This document shows positions 56,034 through 64,000 of a stretch of DNA of 64,000 bases, in pieces. The stretch is from Gemmatimonadota bacterium. GTDB taxonomy: Bacteria > Gemmatimonadota > Gemmatimonadetes > Palauibacterales > Palauibacteraceae. Location of the stretch: assembly GCA_039584685.1 (NCBI GenBank), contig JBDGXI010000001.1, positions 15,239 to 79,238 of the forward strand. The letters run 5' to 3'. How positions within the stretch are numbered: position 1 is the stretch's first letter; every line of letters begins with the position of its first letter. Made by a program: the position numbers and the translations under genes. The notes beneath the pieces are model-generated. The model was not told the DNA's origin. It was given only the letters and a program-made list of their open reading frames with translations, and did not search any database.

Positions 56034-56726
56034 TCAGTCCGCATGGGGTCCGTCTTCACGGGCCTCCGTGGGCATCGCCCTCACCTCCCCGTCACCGTCC
56101 TCTTCCCGCTCCTCCCGCGGGCCGGATGCAACCGCCGCGAGCGTCGCGGGCTCGATCACCCGATCGATGAGACCGTAATCTACAGCCTCGGCGGGAGACA
56201 TGTAGCGATCGCGGTCCACGTCCTCCGAAATTTGCTCGATGCTCTGCCCCGTATGCTCGGCCAGGAGCTCGTTCAGCCTCTCACGGGCGTACAGCACCTC
56301 TCGCGCCTGGATCTCGATGTCGGATGCCGATCCCTGCGATCCGCCGGACGGCTGATGAATCATGATACGGGAGTTCGGAAGGGCCGAACGCTTCCCTGGA
56401 GTACCCGCGGCCAGCAGAAAGGCCCCCATCGAGGCTGCCATACCCATGCAGATGGTGGCCACCGGAGCGGTCAGGTACTGCATCGTATCGTAGATGGCGA
56501 GGCCTGAATACACGCTGCCGCCCGGGCAGTTGATATAGATGTTGATATCGCGATCCGGGTTCTCCGCCTGCAGGAAGAGAAGCTGCGCGATGACCACGTT
56601 CGCCACGTCGTCGTTGATGGGCGTGCCGAGAAAGACGATGCGATCCATCAACAGTCTGGAGAAGATATCGTAGCTTCGCTCACCGCGGCTCGATCGCTCT
56701 ATCACGTACGGCGCGTAGATCGGCAT
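56034..56726 (-). CDS. clpP: Clp protease proteolytic subunit
   Basis: DIFSRLL, YDTM, MAASMG (Ser), MIHQP (His), DRD (Asp); acidic C-terminal extension. Confidence 0.98.
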   Translation of the reverse strand: MPIYAPYVIERSSRGERSYDIFSRLLMDRIVFLGTPINDDVANVVIAQLLFLQAENPDRDINIYINCPGGSVYSGLAIYDTMQYLTAPVATICMGMAASMGAFLLAAGTPGKRSALPNSRIMIHQPSGGSQGSASDIEIQAREVLYARERLNELLAEHTGQSIEQISEDVDRDRYMSPAEAVDYGLIDRVIEPATLAAVASGPREEREEDGDGEVRAMPTEAREDGPHAD

Positions 56727-56802
56727 TTTCCCCCTTCTTGTAGCCCTGAAGCCTGTTTCTCAGCTCATCCTACCCGACTGCGAGACATGGTTCCTGCCCG
56801 CG

Positions 56803-58080
56803 TCATTCGATTCCGGACTCCCCCTTCAGGTACTCGAACACCTTCTCTACAGCAAGATTCCGGCCCACGGATTCGAAACTCCCCTCTCGGGCCAGCTGTC
56901 GACGGATCTCCTGGGTCGAGACACCTCGGATCTCCGCCAGGCGCTCGATCTCCGTCCGCACCTCGTCATCTGTTGCCTCGAGCTCCTTACGCTCGATGAT
57001 TCGGTCGAGGATCAGCTGCTCCTTGATCCGACCTTCGGCCAGCGGCGCCAGCTCCGTGCGGGCTTCGCGCAGCTTCTCCGGATCGGCGTCCTCCGGCGCC
57101 TGGATCATCTCGTCCAGGTATCTGTCCACCAGCGCCCGCGGCACGGCGAACGGGTTGGCGTCAATCACCGACTGCATGATCTGTCCCCGCAGCCGGGCCT
57201 CTGCTTCATCCTCGTGGTGTCTAGCGAGGTCGCTTCGTATGGCCTCCTCGAGACCCTGGAGGTCCTCGAAGTCGCCCGCTTTGGCAGCGAGGGCATCATC
57301 GAGATCGGGCAGCAGCTGCTCCTCGACCGATTCCAGCCGTATGTGCAGGCGACGCGTTTCGCCGCCGGCTTCTTCGCCTTCCTCCGCGAAAGTGATGTCG
57401 AAGGTGCCCGCTTCGCCCGGACCGATTTCCTTGATCGCGCCCTCCACGCCCTCGAGCGCCTGTCCCGAGCCGAGCACGAACTGGTACGGCCGCGCCTCGC
57501 CCGTGGGCTCCGAGTCCGGACCGGGAAGCGGCTCGATGGTTACGGACACCCGTTCGCCGTCCTCCGGGCTCCGGTCGACCTCGATCCACTCGGCCTGCTC
57601 CGAGCGAATCCGCTCCAGAATCTCGCCCACTTCTTCGTCCGTCACCGGGGCGATCTCTCGCTCGATCTTGAATCCCCCGACTCGATCGAGCTCGACCGTG
57701 GGCATGATCTCGAATTCGGCCTGGAAGGTCAGTCTCTCACCCGGAGCATACTGGACGTTCGTGATGTGAGCCGCCCCGGCAGGCTGAAGCTCCGTCTCAT
57801 CCACCGCCTCCCGGTACGCCTCCTCGACCAGGACGCTGCGCACGTGCTCATCCAGGAAGTCACCGTATCGCTGCTCGATGACATCGGCCGGGATCTTGCC
57901 CCGCCGGAAGCCCTTGATCCTGACCTTCTTTCCGAGACGCTTTCGCTCGGCCGCCCGCGCCCGCCCGACTCGCTCGGGGGGGATGGTGATCGTGAGCTTG
58001 CGCGTCCAGCCATCGCCCACCTCGACGGCGACATCCAGCTGCCGGTCCTGCGCCTCTCCGACGGATATATCTGCCGACAT
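56803..58080 (-). CDS. tig: Trigger factor
   Basis: IKGFRRGK signature, FKBP-like domain, SurA-like C-terminal domain; upstream of clpP. Confidence 0.93.
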   Translation of the reverse strand: MSADISVGEAQDRQLDVAVEVGDGWTRKLTITIPPERVGRARAAERKRLGKKVRIKGFRRGKIPADVIEQRYGDFLDEHVRSVLVEEAYREAVDETELQPAGAAHITNVQYAPGERLTFQAEFEIMPTVELDRVGGFKIEREIAPVTDEEVGEILERIRSEQAEWIEVDRSPEDGERVSVTIEPLPGPDSEPTGEARPYQFVLGSGQALEGVEGAIKEIGPGEAGTFDITFAEEGEEAGGETRRLHIRLESVEEQLLPDLDDALAAKAGDFEDLQGLEEAIRSDLARHHEDEAEARLRGQIMQSVIDANPFAVPRALVDRYLDEMIQAPEDADPEKLREARTELAPLAEGRIKEQLILDRIIERKELEATDDEVRTEIERLAEIRGVSTQEIRRQLAREGSFESVGRNLAVEKVFEYLKGESGIE

Positions 58081-58186
58081 CAACCGTTCCTCATTTCCTG
58101 AGTCATCGTGGGCACGAAGCTGCCCGGACGGCGCCCCTGTCCTCCGACGCTCGCCTCCCGATTACCGCGTCGTCGCTTCCGGTGGA

Positions 58187-58270
58187 TGCGAAAGGGGGGA
58201 CTCGAACCCCCACGGCCCTCGGGCCACCAGCTCCTAAGGCTGGCGCGTCTACCGATTCCGCCACTTTCGC
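58187..58270 (-). tRNA. tRNA-Leu (anticodon TAG), CCA not encoded
   Basis: GCGAAAGTGGCGGAATCGGTAGACGCG-CCAGC-CTTAGGA-GCTGG, long variable arm, GGGGGTTCGAGTCCCCC, CTTTCGC-A. Confidence 0.97.
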
Positions 58271-58300
58271 GCCGGCCGCCAGGTCCGACTGCGGCCTGAT

Positions 58301-58330
58301 ATTCTAACCTCTGCCCCGATTCACGGCCAA
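58301..58330 (-). promoter_or_regulatory. Sigma70-like promoter for tRNA-Leu-tig-clpPX
   Basis: TTGGCC-N18-TAGAAT about 30 nt upstream of the tRNA 5' end. Confidence 0.55.
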
Positions 58331-58449
58331 TGCTCGGGGTCCGGAGGGCGGGGAAGATGGCCGCGGGGACCAAGAGACAGCGGCGCCCTCGTGGAGGGCG
58401 CCGCCGAACGCGCGATCACTCGGAAGTGCTCCCCCCGGGAGCGCACGGG

Positions 58450-60003
58450 CTACTTGGGAATCGCTATCGTGAGAGGAGCCGAGGTTCCGTCGGCCGGATC
58501 GAAGACGTCCACTCCGACCACCGCGCCCGGTTCCAGGGCCTCCACTGCCTCACGATAATCGGCCATGTCACGGATCGGCTTCCGGTTGATCGACGTGATC
58601 ACGCTGCCGCGGAGATGTCCGGCGGAGCGGCGGGCGTAAGGGCCGTAGTCATCGTAGGACGCGATGACCACACCCTCGATGTCGCGCGGCAGGTCCAGCG
58701 CCCGCCGCACCTCGGCCGTGATTTCCTCGACCTCGATGCCCAGGGGGTCCGCACTCCGGGCCTCGACCACTCGAGGTGCGGCCTCGCGGTTCAGCTCGCC
58801 GGCGTCCATGAGGCGGACGCGGACGGCTTCACGCTGGAGGTCGTCCCGGCGGACGACGGTGACGGCCACCGTTTCGCCCGGCTCATGGCGGCGGATCTTC
58901 CTCTGAAGGTCGGGAACGGATTCGACCTTTTCGCCTTCGACCTCGATGATCACGTCGCCCACCAGGATGCCCGCCCGGTCAGCGGCCATACCCTCGTTGA
59001 CCCCCATGACCTTGGCTCCCGCCACCTCATCGAGCTCGTAGTAGCGGGCTTCGGTGTCGTCCACCGCCTGGATGGTCACACCGAGCAGGGCGCGCCGGAC
59101 TTCGCCATACTCGACCAGATCGTCGATCACCTCCTGGACCAGGTCGATGGGCACGGCGAAGCCGTATCCCTGGTTCGAGCCGGTGCTGGAGGCAATGGCC
59201 GCGTTCATGCCGATCACCTCTCCCCGGATGTTGAGCAGAGGTCCGCCGGAGTTACCCGGATTGATCGCGGCGTCCGTCTGGATGAAGTCCTCGATCGCCA
59301 GGTTGTCCTCGTTCCTATTCGCGTACTCCTGTCCGATGATGTTGATGTTCCGTCCCTTCGCGCTCACGATTCCGGCCGTGACCGTGGTGAGGAGCGGACC
59401 TCCCACACCCCTGAACCCGGGACTGCCGATCGCCAGCGCCCATTCGCCGACCCTGGTCGCATCGCTCGAGCCGAGCGTGACCGGCGTCAGGCCTTCCGCG
59501 TCGAGCTTCAGGAGCGCCACGTCGGTCGTCGGGTCCCGTCCCACCAGCTGCGCCGTGAACTGCCGTCGGTCGCTCAGCTGGATCTCGATCACGTCGGCCC
59601 CCTCCACGACGTGATTGTTCGTCACTATGTACCCGTCTTCACTGATGATGAACCCGGAGCCACTGCCGCGGACGCGTTGCGGCGGACGCTGCTGGAAGAA
59701 GTCCTCGAACGCCGGGGGGAGGGCGCGGCCGTCCCGCTCATGCTCGGGGATGCTACGCTCGACGAAAATCGTCACCACGGCAGGCGTAACCCGCTCGGCG
59801 ATATCAGAGAAGCCGGCTGCAGGCAGGGCGTCGCCCTGGACCGGGACCGGAGCCGCGACGTGGATGTTGAGCGGCGGATTGTCCGCAACTCGCGCCAGGC
59901 CTGGCGGCGTGAGGTCGAGTCGTCCCGCTATTCCGAGCCCCACCGCGAAGGCCACCGCAGCGGTCAGCATCAGGTTCAACTTGGTACGCAATGCGTCGTT
60001 CAT
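58450..60003 (-). CDS. degP: Do/HtrA-family periplasmic serine protease with two PDZ domains
   Basis: GSGSGFII, VTNNHVV, TDVALLK, IQTDAAINPGNSGGPL, two PDZ repeats; start at ATG 60003. Confidence 0.94.
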   Translation of the reverse strand: MNDALRTKLNLMLTAAVAFAVGLGIAGRLDLTPPGLARVADNPPLNIHVAAPVPVQGDALPAAGFSDIAERVTPAVVTIFVERSIPEHERDGRALPPAFEDFFQQRPPQRVRGSGSGFIISEDGYIVTNNHVVEGADVIEIQLSDRRQFTAQLVGRDPTTDVALLKLDAEGLTPVTLGSSDATRVGEWALAIGSPGFRGVGGPLLTTVTAGIVSAKGRNINIIGQEYANRNEDNLAIEDFIQTDAAINPGNSGGPLLNIRGEVIGMNAAIASSTGSNQGYGFAVPIDLVQEVIDDLVEYGEVRRALLGVTIQAVDDTEARYYELDEVAGAKVMGVNEGMAADRAGILVGDVIIEVEGEKVESVPDLQRKIRRHEPGETVAVTVVRRDDLQREAVRVRLMDAGELNREAAPRVVEARSADPLGIEVEEITAEVRRALDLPRDIEGVVIASYDDYGPYARRSAGHLRGSVITSINRKPIRDMADYREAVEALEPGAVVGVDVFDPADGTSAPLTIAIPK

Positions 60004-60204
60004 CGTTCTCCCGTCGCTTCTCTTGATGTCCTGCGGCGCCCACCGGCGCACCGCTCTGTCTCGCTCTCTCTAGTATGGCCTCGGAGCTCGTTCGGTTCCA
60101 CCCGTCCCGCGCTCCCGCATCCCATCCCCGCCACCAACTCCACCCTGAGACACGGAGTGACAACCTCGGGTTGCCCCGGCGCGCGACGCTCGGCGACGGA
60201 TGAG

Positions 60205-60230
60205 AAAACGGCGCCCCCGGGGGGACGCCG
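60205..60230 (-). terminator. Rho-independent terminator after dnaK
   Basis: Minus strand CGGCGTCCC-cccg-GGGGCGCCG-TTTT. Confidence 0.7.
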
Positions 60231-60259
60231 CCTCCTCGTTCTGGTTCATTTGAGGACTG

Positions 60260-62188
<1,929 letters not shown>

Positions 62189-62300
62189 TTCGTTTCCTTT
62201 CCGGTCTTGTCAGACGACGGCCCCCGGTAGAGAATCGTGCCGGCCACCGCTGCCCCGGTCCGCTCTGGAACCGGTGAGTTCGCTATCGCGCCCCGACTAG

Positions 62301-62316
62301 TGCAAGCGATGTGCCG
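62301..62316 (-). promoter_or_regulatory. Sigma54 -24/-12 promoter upstream of dnaK
   Basis: Minus strand CGGCACATCGCTTGCA, near-consensus GGCAC-N5-TTGCA, about 110 nt upstream of the dnaK ATG. Confidence 0.7.
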
Positions 62317-62320
62317 CGCT

Positions 62321-62343
62321 CAGGGGTTCGAAAACCCCTGATT
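62321..62343. promoter_or_regulatory. Palindrome CAGGGGTT-cgaa-AACCCCTG overlapping an IHF-like site (minus strand AATCAG-GGGT-TTT)
   Basis: Seen directly just upstream of the dnaK sigma54 element; one mismatch to WATCAR-N4-TTR. Confidence 0.45.
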
Positions 62344-62489
62344 TCAGCTATTTCCCCGACATTCTGACACCGTGGGCCGGATCGGGTGCCAGAACGGCAG
62401 TTGCCGGTGGCATGCCAGGATGGCGGGTCGTGCGCCGAGCCCTTCCGATTCACGTTGCGCGAGCAGATCCGCCTGCCTACCGTGGGTCC

Positions 62490-63257
62490 ATGTTTCCGCT
62501 TCGAGATGAGAACCCTACCGAACTCGTCCCCCTCGTCACGTTCCTGATCATCCTGGTCAACGTGGCCGTGTGGTTGTTCGTGCAGGGTGCGGGGAGCGTG
62601 CCGCTGTTCGTCGAGTCGCTGTGCGAGTACGGTGCGATCCCGGGTGAGGTGACCGGTGCGATCGCGGCGGGAACGGAAATCGCCCTCGGCCCGGAGGCAT
62701 CCTGCCGTGTAGGAGGATTGCGGGGCTGGACGCTGATCACCTCCATGTTCATGCATGGAGGGTGGATGCACCTGATCGGCAACATGTGGTTCCTGTGGGT
62801 GTTCGGGAACAACATCGAGGACTCGATGGGCCACGTCCGATACGTGATCTTCTATCTGTTGACCGGGGTCCTGGCAGCGGCCGCACACATCGCTACGGAT
62901 CCGTCGGGAGCCATACCTACGGTCGGCGCCTCGGGGGCGATCAGCGGCGTCCTGGGAGCGTACATCGTCCTGTATCCCAGGGTGCGGGTGCAGACACTGA
63001 TATTCCTGGTGATCTATATTCGTGTGATTCCGCTGCCCGCGTGGGCCCTGCTGGCGTACTGGTTCTTCCTCCAGGTCATGGGTGGGAGCGCGGCGCTCGG
63101 TGGCGATGGTGGTGGCGTGGCCTTCTGGGCCCACGTCGGGGGATTCGTGGCCGGCGTCGTGCTGATCAAGCTGTTCGAGAAACGGAAACTGGTCACGGCC
63201 AAACGGGCCGGCCACAGACTCACGCGAGAGGAGATGGGTCGTTGGGATCCCTGGTGA
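62490..63257 (+). CDS. Rhomboid-family intramembrane serine protease
   Basis: MFPLRDENP, TSMFMHGGWMHLIGNM, FGNNIED, GASGAIS (Ser), AFWAHVGG (His); start at ATG 62490. Confidence 0.95.
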   Translation: MFPLRDENPTELVPLVTFLIILVNVAVWLFVQGAGSVPLFVESLCEYGAIPGEVTGAIAAGTEIALGPEASCRVGGLRGWTLITSMFMHGGWMHLIGNMWFLWVFGNNIEDSMGHVRYVIFYLLTGVLAAAAHIATDPSGAIPTVGASGAISGVLGAYIVLYPRVRVQTLIFLVIYIRVIPLPAWALLAYWFFLQVMGGSAALGGDGGGVAFWAHVGGFVAGVVLIKLFEKRKLVTAKRAGHRLTREEMGRWDPW

Positions 63258-64000
63258 GTTTGAGGCGGATGGCGTCGGCCGGCCTCGCGATGCTCCTGTT
63301 CGTACCGGCAGCCGCCTCGGCCGTCCAGCAGGCTGGCGGGTCGACCCTGATCGAGACGGGCGAGATCGGCGAGCCGTTTCTGGTCAGGGTCGCGCGAGGG
63401 CTGCTGGCCCTGGCGGTGATTCTCCTGGTGCTGTGGAGGTTCTCGCCCAAGCGGAAGTCGATCGACTGGGCCCTGGTGGCGAAGGGGCTGGGGCTGCAGT
63501 TGGTCTTCGCGCTCCTCGTACTGAAGACCACGTGGGGGCGCGGGTTCTTCAGCGTGGTGAACGACGTGTTCATTGCCCTGATCAGTTATACGCTGGCCGG
63601 TGCCCGGTTCGTGTTCGGTTCCCTGGTCGACTACTCCACGCCCGTTGCCGGGGGTGAGGGAATCGTCGAGATCGGCTCCAACTTCGCCTTTGCCGTACTT
63701 CCGACGATCATCTTCTTTTCGGCCCTGATGACGGTGTTGTACTACGTCGGGGTGATGCAATGGATCGTGAAGGGCGTCGCGTGGGTCATGCAGCGGACGC
63801 TCAAGACGAGCGGCGCGGAAACGACGTCGGCGGCGGGTAACATATTCGTAGGCCAGACGGAGGCTCCGTTGCTGGTGAAGCCGTTCGTCAAGGACATGAC
63901 CATGTCGGAGCTCAACACCGTCATGACGGGCGGGTTCGCGACGGTCGCCGGCGGCGTCATGGCGGCCTACGTGGCCATGCTGGCCGGCTACTTCCCGGCC
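63254..64000 (+). CDS. Concentrative nucleoside transporter (NupC/CNT family), 3' end outside the window
   Basis: Not in the ORF track (no stop). Frame from GTG 63254 reads GLGLQLVFALL, FAFAVLPTIIFFSAL, SGAETTSAAGNIFVGQTEAPL, SELNTVMTGGFATVAGGV. Confidence 0.93.
   Translation, partial: MSLRRMASAGLAMLLFVPAAASAVQQAGGSTLIETGEIGEPFLVRVARGLLALAVILLVLWRFSPKRKSIDWALVAKGLGLQLVFALLVLKTTWGRGFFSVVNDVFIALISYTLAGARFVFGSLVDYSTPVAGGEGIVEIGSNFAFAVLPTIIFFSALMTVLYYVGVMQWIVKGVAWVMQRTLKTSGAETTSAAGNIFVGQTEAPLLVKPFVKDMTMSELNTVMTGGFATVAGGVMAAYVAMLAGYFPA

Noticed and set aside
58084-58450. tRNA-Leu as an integration site
   Set aside because: No duplicated tRNA 3' end or adjacent integrase is visible; this is the ordinary tRNA-Leu-tig arrangement

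Overview
This is a gene-dense, GC-rich (about two-thirds by eye) chromosomal window from a diderm bacterium. Gene content (SprA homolog, delta-type pil cluster) suggests Gemmatimonadota or a related FCB-adjacent lineage; that assignment is inference. From left to right: (1) the end of an Ala/Gly symporter, two small coupled ORFs (one ubiquitin-like), a class-V aminotransferase with serA, and kbl-rpe-moaD-moeB; (2) a TonB-like protein, a 2118-aa SprA/Sov-like outer-membrane protein and comEA; (3) a type IVa pilus region, pilB-pilT-pilC-[Rrf2, hypothetical]-pilS-pilR-pilA, then six translationally coupled glycosyltransferase genes (five GT-C-like, one GT2), fimT/pilV-like pilins and pilMNOPQ; (4) aroC-aroK-topA-trmFO-xerC-hslV-hslU-gcvT-mogA and a sigma54 activator; (5) tRNA-Leu-tig-clpP-clpX-engB-lipoprotein, degP, dnaK, a rhomboid protease and a partial nupC. 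I found no CRISPR array, rRNA, transposase or prophage. The best leads are a TonB-SprA locus with no other T9SS genes nearby, a lipid-linked glycosylation cassette right behind a Ser/Thr-rich pilin together with repeated D-(S/T)-hydrophobic sequons in SprA, sigma54 promoters at pilB, pilA and dnaK, an anti-SD switch in the pilA leader, and a G11 tract inside sprA. All family calls come from motif recognition by eye, not database searches.
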